The notes under the pieces were generated by a model. It was given only the letters and a program-made list of their open reading frames with translations, searched no databases and was not told the origin of the DNA. DNA of 64,000 nucleotides from Chlorobiota bacterium (lineage in GTDB: Bacteria > Bacteroidota > Ignavibacteria > Kapaibacteriales > NICIL-2). The stretch's first letter is position 1. Each line of letters starts with the position of its first letter. Where the stretch lies: NCBI GenBank assembly GCA_044228685.1, contig JBGAUL010000002.1:135611-199610 (forward strand), written 5' to 3'. Below, one piece after another: positions 53,519 through 63,232 of the stretch. A program made the translations under genes and the position numbers.

Positions 53519-55576
53519 ATGTCAAGGTTGTTATCATCCCTTGGAATTCGGTACAAGATTCTTGTGCCCCTTATCATCGTATGCACACTCACAGCGGGTG
53601 GAGTCTACTACGCCATTTCTCACATGTACACCACGCAGCGTGAAGAGGCTTATGTCGCAAGTGCCCGTGCACTTCTACTCTCGGCTGAATCAGCACGTGA
53701 ATATGCTGCCACACAATACAGTCATCAACTGTTCCGCAGCGATATCAAAAAGAAAGAAGACATGCTCTACACTGTTCCGGTCTTTGCTGCAATTCAAGTC
53801 GCAAAGCGTAAAGCATCTGAACTGGGCATGGAGTTTAAAGTGCCGAAGATTTTTCCCAGAAACCCTGACAACGAACCCGACCAATTCGAGCTTCGTGTCT
53901 TGAAGAACTTAGAGGATGGGACAAAGAGCGAGTATTACGAAACTGATCCCGGCACGGACAAGCTCCGCTATTTCCGCCCGGTAAAGCTCACCGCAGAATG
54001 TCTCAATTGTCACGGCAATCCGGCTAACTCACAAGCTCTGTGGGGAAACAACGAAGGATTGGATTTCACCGGTGCTCGAATGGAAAACTGAAAAGAAGGC
54101 GAAGTGCATGGTGCTTTCGAAGTCAGTATGCCTCTTGCTCCCATTCGCAGCGCAGCTCGTGAAGGCGCAATGAAGATTGGCTTGATCATTCTTGTCATGG
54201 CTCTGTTGATCATAGGTGTAGCACTCGTCGCTGCTACCAATATCACCCGGCCTGTACACAAACTCATGCTCGCCAGCGAGGAGCTTGCACAAGGCAATCT
54301 TTCGATTCAGGTTGAAGCAGAGTCCCAGGACGAATTAGGCAAGCTGTCCGAGTCGTTTAACTCAATGGTTGGACGAATCTCAGCTCTGCAACAAGAGTCA
54401 ATGAATGAAACAATACGTGCGGAAGAAGCCGCACAGCAAGCACGAACACTTGCCAAAGAGAGTGAGCACGCTAGTCAACACCTCCAAGCCAACGTCGATG
54501 AAATGCTCGTTGCGATGGACAGGCTGTCGAATGGTGATTTGACCATTCATATGCCGGTTGAGGGGTCTGACAGTATTGCACGACTACGCCAGGGTTTCAA
54601 TCACACGGTCGACACCCTGCATGATTTGGTGCAAAGTGTTCGCGACTCGATTGATGCAGCAGCCAGTGCATCGAGTGAGATCAGTTCATCTACCGAAGAG
54701 ATGTCTGCCGGAGCACAAGAACAGGCTCGTCAGACTAGTGACGCAGTGGCTGCGGTTGAAGAGATGACCAAGACGATTATGGAGAACTCATCGAACGCCC
54801 GACAAACAAGTGATGCTACCGAACAGTCACGACAATCTGCTCTCACCGGTAGCGACGTCATGAAGCAAACTGTCGATGGTATGAATCGCATCTCCTCAGT
54901 TGTCAGCAACTCTGCAACGACAATTCAAGCTCTTGGTGAATCAAGTGCACACATCGGTGCTATCATCACTGTTATCAACGACATCGCCGATCAAACAAAT
55001 CTCTTGGCCTTGAATGCGGCTATAGAAGCGGCACGTGCAGGAGAGCAAGGACGAGGATTTGCAGTTGTAGCGGACGAGGTGCGCAAGCTCGCTGAGCGCA
55101 CAACGAGTGCAACGCAGGAAATCTCTGACATGATCAAGAAAATCCAGTCGGACACAGCCGGCGCCGTCAAGTCCATCAGCGAAGGAAACCGTGAAGTAGA
55201 AGAAGGCATGAAACTCACCGGCCGCGCACAGTCTGCACTATCTGAAATCGTGAGTGCTGTCAGCAACGTCAGTACCATGATTAGCCAAATCGCAATTGCA
55301 AGTGAAGAACAATCAACAGCAAGCGAACAGATTAGTCGAAATATCGAAGCGATGAATGCAGTAACGGCTGAATCAGCTACCGGTTTACGTCAGATCGCAC
55401 AAGCTTCTGAGGATTTGAATCGCATGACGGAAAGCTTGCACCAACTCATTGGTCACTTCCATCTGCGCGCGCGTGGCTCACGTCAAGCACAACGCGCTGC
55501 TTCATACGATCAGGCGACGCAATTGCAACACTCCCCTGCCGGACGAGCGACTCATCGAGTTGGTATGGGAGCATAG
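53519..55576 (+). pseudogene. methyl-accepting chemotaxis protein with a DUF3365 (Tll0287-like, CXXCH heme-binding) periplasmic sensor, interrupted by an in-frame TGA at 54089-54091
   Basis: Both ORFs are in frame 2. CLNCHG in the sensor. Across the stop the sequence reads ...[20 protein letters not shown], so the sensor domain continues through it. HAMP and the conserved MCP signalling domain follow. Confidence 0.6.
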
Positions 55577-55618
55577 TCGAGCGGTTTGAGCACGTAGTAT
55601 CACCACAATTGAGATGAG

Positions 55619-57995
55619 ATGAAGGACTTATTTAGAACGATTGTACACTGGATACTCTCACAGAGTATTCGCACCAAACTCGGCTTCAGTACCGGTCTTT
55701 TCGCCCTGGCGATATGCACACTAACAGTGTTCTTTGTGCAAGTGCGCGAAGAGGCCATTCGTTCCGCAGAAGATGAGACACGTGGCATAGCCATGATTGC
55801 CCCACTGAGCGAGGTCCTCACACAAACTGTGCGCGCAACGGCGGGCATAGATACAGCTTCCAGTAGCGCTTTCACCACAGCGCTACTGGACTTATCTCAT
55901 CTACGCACTCAGGCAGCAGAGTGGAATCTTCAAAGCCAACTCGACAGCGTGATTGCAAATGCCGGTCTGCTTAAAGTTCCCACTACCCGCAGTCACGAAC
56001 ACTTAACACAATCGATAGCAACGCTGAGTCATTTGATTCGCACTGTGGCCGATACAACTGACCTTAGCTATGATCCCGATCCGGTCCGCTTTCATCTCAT
56101 GGCCCTAGCCTGCGATCACCTCGTTACGGTTGCTGAACATGAGGCATCGCTTATTCAGTGCTTTGATAATTACGTTGACAATGTTGAGGAGCGCGACCAT
56201 CTCTCTTTGAGCTTGCTCCAGCCTACGACACGGTTGAACGACGCTATTGCAGAGGCTGAAGCGGACATGGAGCAGGTCTCGCACTTTGGTTCACTGAATG
56301 CTCAGGATTCCACGTGGACGCAAACATTGCGTCAGCACGTCGAAACCCTCCGCTGTCTCATCGCGCTTCAGGATATTACCTCATTGGATTCAGCCGACAG
56401 AAGCGGTTTTGCCGAACAACAGAAACCGTTGATTGCAGCGTCGATTCAATCCAGCGATGCAATTGTTGAGTCATGCCTCACTCGCTTACGCGATTTACTC
56501 GAAGCGCACAGCGCTGATTTGTGTCGTCAGCGAATACTAACGCTGTCCATAGCCGGCGTACTCATGATTCTCCCGCTTCTGATAACTCTCGGCATCATGC
56601 GCAGTATCGTTCGTGGTATTCGAGAACTAAGAGCCGGTATCAGCAAGGTTCAAGACGGCGATTACACAACACATGTTGACTTAGCGAGTCAAGACGATCT
56701 GGGAACGCTTGCTACAGGTTTCAATGCGATGATTGAGTGTATTCGTGAGAGCAATCAGCGCAGTCAAGAGGAACAGGAGTCGGCTCTGCGTCATGCAGAA
56801 CACGCTCGTCAACTCCAAACACAAAGCGAGCAGTATGGTCGTGAGCTCAGCGATTCCGTCAGCTACTTACGCGAAGCCATGCATCAATTTTCAGAAGGCA
56901 ATCTCTGTGTTCATGTGGATGTACAGTCGTCGGACGTGATTGGTGAGTTGTTCAAAGACTTCAACGATGCCGTTGATCAGCTGCACCAAGTCGTAGAGAA
57001 GGTTCGCGAGTCAATTGATTCTACAGCAAAAGCTTCTTCGCACATTCGTCGCGCCACCGACGAAATGGCTTCGGGTGCGCAGGAGCAGACGCTGCAGACG
57101 GTTGATGTGGCTGGCGATTGAGCAAATGACGAAGACGATTATTGAGAACTCTTCCAATGCTCGTCAGACTGCCGACAAAGCCGAGCAAGCTCGCTGCACG
57201 GCCGAGCAGGGTTTGTCGGTAGTACATGAGTCAGCCGATGGTATGCGACAAATGTCAGACGTCGTCCATAAGTCCGCAGCTATGGTTGAAACTCTCGGTC
57301 ACTCCAGTTCCCGTATCAGTGCTATCGTTTCGGTCATCAGCGACATCGCACAACAAACCAATCTCTTAGCGCTCAATGCCGCCATTGAAGCCGCTCGCGC
57401 CGGCGAATCAGGTCGTGGTTTCGCCGTCGTCGCAGATGAAGTGAGAAAGCTTGCTGAACGCACGTCCACAGCAACCACAGAAATCTCATCGATGATTTCC
57501 GGTATCCAGAATGAAATACAGCGAACAGTCGAAGCTATTGGGGCAGGACGTGAGCAGGTGGACAAGGGACTGGAACTCAGTGATCAGACAGCCGCAGCCT
57601 TCAACGCTATCTCAGCTGCGGTGAAAGATGTTGCATCCATGATTAGTGCCATCGCAATCGCTTGCGAAGAACAGTCAAGTGTCAGTGAGAGCATTAGTCG
57701 TAGCGTGCAGATGATCAGTTCCGTCAGTAACGAGACAGAGTCCGGTAGCAGAACCGTTGCAATGTCAGCCGACGAACTCTACCAACTCACCGAGAATCTC
57801 CAAACGCTTATTGCTCGTTTTCAATTGCAATCAGATCTACAGAAATCCGATCACGACGCTTTGATGACGTCCGATGCTGGAGTCGCACGTCATCGAAGTC
57901 AGTCGTTCTCAGATAAAGAACTCGCGCACGAACGTTATCAATCACCACAATATTCAGAAGACTTCGCAAGAGCATCTGAATACAATGCAGGATAA
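55619..57995 (+). pseudogene. methyl-accepting chemotaxis protein (TM, ~270-aa periplasmic domain, TM, HAMP, signalling domain) carrying a +1 frameshift near 57113
   Basis: Frame 2 ends ...[10 protein letters not shown] at 57121. Frame 3 continues [19 protein letters not shown]..., which aligns to [19 protein letters not shown] in the neighbouring MCPs. One extra G in gctGgcgatt. Confidence 0.6.
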
Positions 57996-57999
57996 ACAC

Positions 58000-58518
58000 A
58001 TGAACAACGCACTATTACACGGCATGATGGATATAAAGCTTGATCAGACCAGTCAAGTCGTCAGCTTTATGATGGCAGACGAGCTTTACGGTTTAGACAT
58101 ACTTCGAGTGCAGGAAATCAATCGCATGCCTGATATCACTCGAGTACCGAATTCTGCGCCGGCTATTGATGGCGTCATCAATCTCAGAGGCAAGGTGATA
58201 CCCGTTGTCGACTTGCGCAGCGTCTTCTCACTTCCTCGTCGTGCTCACGATCATCGCACACGCATCATAGTTGTGGAATGCAAAGGACGTGAATACGGCT
58301 TCGTAGTTGACGAAGTATTGAAAGTTCTGAGTATTGCTCACAAAGACACCGAGCCGGCGCCGGCGCTCGTTGCCAACTCGAGAAGTGAAGCTATTGACTT
58401 TATTGGAAGACTAGAACACCAGCTCATTATGGTACTCGATATCGATGCATTGGTAGAGAACGCCAACCCTGATGAGACGACGGCTACAATAACAGAAAAC
58501 AATTATCAACTCGCATGA
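58000..58518 (+). CDS. cheW: chemotaxis coupling protein CheW
   Basis: Single CheW domain. The ATG at 58000 lies 8 nt after an AGGA. Earlier in-frame starts would overlap the MCP. Confidence 0.85.
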   Translation: MNNALLHGMMDIKLDQTSQVVSFMMADELYGLDILRVQEINRMPDITRVPNSAPAIDGVINLRGKVIPVVDLRSVFSLPRRAHDHRTRIIVVECKGREYGFVVDEVLKVLSIAHKDTEPAPALVANSRSEAIDFIGRLEHQLIMVLDIDALVENANPDETTATITENNYQLA

Positions 58519-59738
58519 ACTATCTCGAATCCATACAAGTATTAATAAACTCAGCGGATGCGGGTGAACGACGAGCAGCGGCATCAATGTTGTCGCAATG
58601 TTCGGAATCTGAATCTGTTGCAGCACTCATTCACGCACTCAGTGACACTAGTCGCAGTGTGCGAGTAACCGCAGCTTCCTCACTGGAGCGCTTAGGTAAT
58701 CCCGAAGTCATACGACAACTCGGCATGGTTCTGCATTCTCGTCTTGTGTGTCAGCGAAACACAGCGGCTGAGATTCTGCAGCAGCTTGGACAACGATCGG
58801 TCTGGGTCCTGGAGGAACTCAGTCACGATCCCGACCACGACGTCAGAAAATTCGCCATCGACATACTCGGTTTGATACCCGATAACCGTCTCGATCACGT
58901 TATAGTAAACTGTCTCAGCGACTCCGACGCCAACGTTCGCGTTGCCGCTGTTGAAGCTCTTGGAACCATGCATAGCGCCCAATCAGTTAGTTCCTTGGTT
59001 GAGACATTTCACCACTATCCCGACACGCAGATTTCGGTACTCGAGGCTTTGGGAAAAATTGGTGGCGAGGAGAGCGAGGAGTTTCTCTACCATTGTTTAG
59101 AAACGGCATTGCAGCAGCCGCAGCGCGAAACACTCGGCATTCATACCATGATCGAAGCACTGGCTTTGTGTGGATCGCCACTGAGCTTCGACAGTTTGTG
59201 TACGCTGCTTTATGACCGTGACGAAGAAATACAAAAGACAACGCTGTATGCGCTGATCCGCATCGCACAACGACTGGGATTTGATCTGACGGACTTTCGT
59301 CCGCAGCTCAGCCAGCTTGTTGCGCTCTTGCAGGGTCGTAACAATGATCAATGTCTGGCTGCAATCACAGTGCTCAGCTCCTTTCCGGAGTCAGAGATTG
59401 TGCGTACGCTCCTGTGTGTGGCAGGTTCGGACCAACTGCGCAACCAGGCATTGATCACAGCGCTAGAGCAACGTCCTGATTGCATCAACGAATGTCTGCC
59501 GCTGCTCAATTCTGCACTGGCGACTCTGCAGCCGGATCAGCTATATGTCGTGCTCACCGTATTACGCCGACGTTACAGCAAGGATTTCGAGCCCGACGCA
59601 ATAATGGCGGATCTGGTTTTTGAACGGGTGTTTGTACTACGCAGCGAGTTGCGTAATGAGCTCAGTGTAATCGCCGAGGATTTACTCATGGCACTGGATC
59701 CGGTTCGCACGATGGATTCATTTGCTGAAACTCACTAA
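58515..59738 (+). CDS. HEAT-repeat (PBS-lyase-like) protein
   Basis: Repeats DTSRSVRVTAASSLERLGNPE, DPDHDVRKFAIDILG, SDANVRVAAVEALG. ATGA overlap with the cheW stop. Confidence 0.75.
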   Translation: MNYLESIQVLINSADAGERRAAASMLSQCSESESVAALIHALSDTSRSVRVTAASSLERLGNPEVIRQLGMVLHSRLVCQRNTAAEILQQLGQRSVWVLEELSHDPDHDVRKFAIDILGLIPDNRLDHVIVNCLSDSDANVRVAAVEALGTMHSAQSVSSLVETFHHYPDTQISVLEALGKIGGEESEEFLYHCLETALQQPQRETLGIHTMIEALALCGSPLSFDSLCTLLYDRDEEIQKTTLYALIRIAQRLGFDLTDFRPQLSQLVALLQGRNNDQCLAAITVLSSFPESEIVRTLLCVAGSDQLRNQALITALEQRPDCINECLPLLNSALATLQPDQLYVVLTVLRRRYSKDFEPDAIMADLVFERVFVLRSELRNELSVIAEDLLMALDPVRTMDSFAETH

Positions 59739-59750
59739 TCGCACGACTTC

Positions 59751-60638
59751 ATGAATACCACGCAGCAGCTATCCATCTCTCGTCCGGGCCTGAGCACAGA
59801 AGCTCTGGTCATGTCAGACACGGTGTTCTCGCAGATGCGTGATTTCATTTACACACGAACAGGCATTTACTATCCGGACGTCAAGAAGTATTTACTCGAA
59901 GGACGTCTCACGCGACGAGTACGACTCTTGGGACTTCATTCATTTGATGAGTATTTGGCCTTGTTGCAGTCAAGTACTTCAAAAGCCGAGTTGCAGGAGT
60001 TCTATGATCACATCACTATCAACGAGACATATTTCTTCCGCAACGAAGGACAGTTTCATTGTTTGGAAAAGGTACTTGTGCCGGCACTGATGGCGCAAGC
60101 GCGACGATCCAAGACAAAATCCCTGCGCATTTGGAGTGCAGCGAGTTCATCAGGTGAAGAAGCGTACACCTTGGCGATGATTTATCTCGAGAAGATACGT
60201 CCGCTTTATCCGGGCTTGCGATTGGAAGTAGTAGGAACAGACATCAATCGCGAAGTCGTTGAAACCGCCCGAAGTGGCGTGTACACAAACTTCTCGCTTC
60301 GAAACATGCCGCCTCACTATAGGGCAAAGTACTTGCATGATGATGGTCCGTGCGTAGTAGTCGACGATTCGCTGCGCGAGTACGTACGCTTTGAGAACAT
60401 GAATCTGTATGACAGAAATGCAATGCGCAACAAGCGTGACTATGATGTCATCTTCTGTTGCAACGTAATGATCTACTTCGATCAGGCTTCCAAGATCCAG
60501 GTCGTTTCAGATCTCTATGACGCACTTGACAAGGTTGGATATCTGTTTATTGGTCACTCTGAATCATTACACGGAATCTCAAAGCTCTTTCGATTGCAGA
60601 CATGTGGGAACTCTGTGGTGTATTCGAAAGAAGAGTAG
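59751..60638 (+). CDS. cheR: chemotaxis protein-glutamate O-methyltransferase CheR
   Basis: ETYFFRNEGQFHCL in the N-terminal domain and a SAM-binding MTase domain. Confidence 0.85.
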   Translation: MNTTQQLSISRPGLSTEALVMSDTVFSQMRDFIYTRTGIYYPDVKKYLLEGRLTRRVRLLGLHSFDEYLALLQSSTSKAELQEFYDHITINETYFFRNEGQFHCLEKVLVPALMAQARRSKTKSLRIWSAASSSGEEAYTLAMIYLEKIRPLYPGLRLEVVGTDINREVVETARSGVYTNFSLRNMPPHYRAKYLHDDGPCVVVDDSLREYVRFENMNLYDRNAMRNKRDYDVIFCCNVMIYFDQASKIQVVSDLYDALDKVGYLFIGHSESLHGISKLFRLQTCGNSVVYSKEE

Positions 60639-60697
60639 GATTGAATGGCTTTGTATCCAGGAAGGATCACTCAATAACATTTCTTTGGAGGTGGTCG

Positions 60698-61174
60698 ATG
60701 GAACATAGCACAAGTGAGGGTGTCGTAGATCCTCGAATTGATCAGCGTTTGGCGCCATTGCGATTTCTGGTCGTAGATGATTCTGCAACTATGCGCCGCA
60801 TCGTGAGCAATTCCATGAAAACTTTTGGTGCTGAGAATTTGGTAGAAGCGGTTGACGGTAATGACGCTTGCGTGAAACTCATGACGCAGCCATTTGACTT
60901 TGTCATTACCGATTGGAACATGCCCAATGTTAGCGGCCTTGAATTAACGCAGTGGATCCGCGCACGCGAAGCTTTTCGAGAACTTCCGGTTCTCATGGTT
61001 ACCACGCGCGATAACAAAGACGATGTGATGCTTGCGTTGAAGGCAAGGGTTAACAACTACATCGTGAAGCCTTTTCTGCCCACAGCCTTGCATGATAAAA
61101 TCAACCAAGTAATCGCGTCGCTGTCGTCGGATCACCCCTTACATAGTCGTGAGTCAGTAAGTACCGTCGTGTAG
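60698..61174 (+). CDS. cheY: CheY-like single-domain response regulator
   Basis: FLVVDDSATMRR, ITDWNMP and YIVKPF. GGAGG RBS 6 nt upstream of the ATG. Confidence 0.85.
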   Translation: MEHSTSEGVVDPRIDQRLAPLRFLVVDDSATMRRIVSNSMKTFGAENLVEAVDGNDACVKLMTQPFDFVITDWNMPNVSGLELTQWIRAREAFRELPVLMVTTRDNKDDVMLALKARVNNYIVKPFLPTALHDKINQVIASLSSDHPLHSRESVSTVV

Positions 61175-61217
61175 TACGTCAGTTAGTACTTCATTTCATA
61201 ACCATACAACAACAATC

Positions 61218-61769
61218 ATGCTTCCGAACTTCAGCGATTCTCAGAACCTACACTGCGTTCACTCACCTGAGAGTGATGCGGCGATTGGATTTCGTCAGGA
61301 CACAACACAAGATCGAGAAGCAATGCTCTATGAGTTGGCATCGTCGACTTTGGGTCAAGACATCAGCAACACGCTGAGTAGTCCACACCCACACCCGAAG
61401 AACTCAACCTGCCTGAGTTCTTTGAGTATACAGGAGCGCTCGGAAACTATTGTCAACTCGTGCGATGAAATACGGCATCTACTAAAACACTTGTATGAGT
61501 CCACTCTTGGAACCGGACAGATCATCAGCGAAGCCGAGCGTGTCTTTGATCTCTGTGCCACTGCACACCTGCGTGCCCAACTTCGCGATGTCACACACCT
61601 GCTGCTCAAACATCAACAAGAGCTCATTACCAACTACCACACTTTGTATTCCGACCTCAATAACATATATCAGTCTGCTCGGCTCATTAGCCAAGAAGCA
61701 ATGAAGAATGGTACCCATCATGATGCACTTACCAGCGCTCAAGAGCAATCGCACATGGAAAAGTACTAG
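61218..61769 (+). CDS. hypothetical protein, no recognisable domain
   Basis: 183 aa ORF 44 bp downstream of cheY. Confidence 0.3.
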   Translation: MLPNFSDSQNLHCVHSPESDAAIGFRQDTTQDREAMLYELASSTLGQDISNTLSSPHPHPKNSTCLSSLSIQERSETIVNSCDEIRHLLKHLYESTLGTGQIISEAERVFDLCATAHLRAQLRDVTHLLLKHQQELITNYHTLYSDLNNIYQSARLISQEAMKNGTHHDALTSAQEQSHMEKY

Positions 61770-62080
61770 ATCAATTGGAAAGCTAAATCAGACTACATGC
61801 TCCAATAGCTCTGTATAAGCTCATGTTCCTGAAGGCTTTGAAGATGCACAAAAGACATTTTCGTTCGAATTCACGGCATTTGCTCACTATTGACCCAATA
61901 TCTGCCAAGTACACTTAAAGATTTAACATGGCGAAACGATAATCCACCACGGTAGTCGCAGAGGTCCGCTATTGCTAGCTCTCCGCAGTCTTCCGGCCTA
62001 GTTATGTCTCACTTCCTATCTCAGTACCCGAACTCGCATTCAAACATTCTCTTTTTTTCATACCACTAATCACCACTTCT

Positions 62081-63166
62081 ATGAAAAAACTCCTGCCATT
62101 GCTTTGTTTTCTTGCCCTGAGCTTCTCTACAAAGGCTCAACTCAGTTCCGAAGGTCAACAGACGGTTATTAAGTATAATGGTTATATCGATAGTTATTAT
62201 GCTAGCGACAACGACCGTTTGTCGGACAGAACTCGTTCTTCGCTCAGCGCACTCAATGCTTCAAAAAACAAGTTCGCGTTGAACACGGTTCAGATTAGCG
62301 GACAAGTTGACGCGACTGATTATCACGCAAAGCTGACCTTGCATTACGGAGACATTTCACAGGCGGCATGGATCTCAACCGGAAGTGATGCCAACACACC
62401 ATCAAGTCGTATTCAAGAAGCCTATGCCGGCGTTCGTTTAAGCGATGGATTGTGGTTGGATGGTGGATTCTTTCTAACACACATTGGAGTGGAAACTGCG
62501 AGTCCGCGTGATAACTGGCTCTCCACGCTCTCACTCGTCACTCAATTCGAACCCTTCTTCCAATCCGGATTGCGTCTCAATTACGATCCTAATTCTGATC
62601 TTCATTTGGGTTTGCATCTTCTCAACGGTTACAACCGATTCAGCGAGAACAACTCAGACAAATCAATCGGTTATACAATTAGTTACATCCTTAGTCCATC
62701 AAGCAGTATCGCGTTGAATGGCATCATGGGAAATGAGCAGCCAAGCGGTTCAACGTCGCTCTTCCGCACATTGAACAACATCGTTTTCAATGCCACACTG
62801 AGCGAGACATTTCAAACGCGCATTGGTATTGATGTTGCAACACAACGAGCTTCGGCTGATGCAGCTACCGCTTCGATACTAGGAGGAGCGCTTGTGGCTG
62901 TTCGCGCAACAATTAGTCCGAAGATAGCCCTAACAGCTCGCGGTGAGTACTATAGCGACCATGCCGGCATCCTCAGCGGAAGCCTTGCATTCAGTGGTAT
63001 CGGTGCAACTCTCGGTGTCGAATACAAACCTATTAGCAATGCCTATATCCGTTGTGAAGCACGCATGATCGACAACGCTCATCAAGACGCTGCACTGTTC
63101 GAAAACACGAGTGGTGCTACGCACGGTCGTGTGGAAGAATTGTTCTCATTCGGACTCAGTTTCTAA
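62081..63166 (+). CDS. outer-membrane beta-barrel protein (porin-like)
   Basis: Signal peptide MKKLLPLLCFLALSFSTKAQ, alternating beta-strand pattern, C-terminal ...FSFGLSF. Confidence 0.5.
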   Translation: MKKLLPLLCFLALSFSTKAQLSSEGQQTVIKYNGYIDSYYASDNDRLSDRTRSSLSALNASKNKFALNTVQISGQVDATDYHAKLTLHYGDISQAAWISTGSDANTPSSRIQEAYAGVRLSDGLWLDGGFFLTHIGVETASPRDNWLSTLSLVTQFEPFFQSGLRLNYDPNSDLHLGLHLLNGYNRFSENNSDKSIGYTISYILSPSSSIALNGIMGNEQPSGSTSLFRTLNNIVFNATLSETFQTRIGIDVATQRASADAATASILGGALVAVRATISPKIALTARGEYYSDHAGILSGSLAFSGIGATLGVEYKPISNAYIRCEARMIDNAHQDAALFENTSGATHGRVEELFSFGLSF

Positions 63167-63232
63167 TAGCAACTACGGTACCATAATCACGAATTCTTAA
63201 TCATCATTCTATTCATTCAACCCACACACTCA

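Noticed and set aside
54089-54091. TGA read as selenocysteine or as an alternative genetic code (UGA=Trp/Gly)
   Set aside because: Other genes here terminate at TGA with sensible C-termini (korB ...EIV-TGA), and ORFs across the window are intact under the standard code. No obvious SECIS-like hairpin lies immediately downstream.
57015-57113. N-terminal 33 residues of the 57015-57995 ORF ([33 protein letters not shown]) as real protein
   Set aside because: Arg-rich out-of-frame translation of the upstream MCP frame. The genuine reading enters this frame only at about 57114 through the frameshift.
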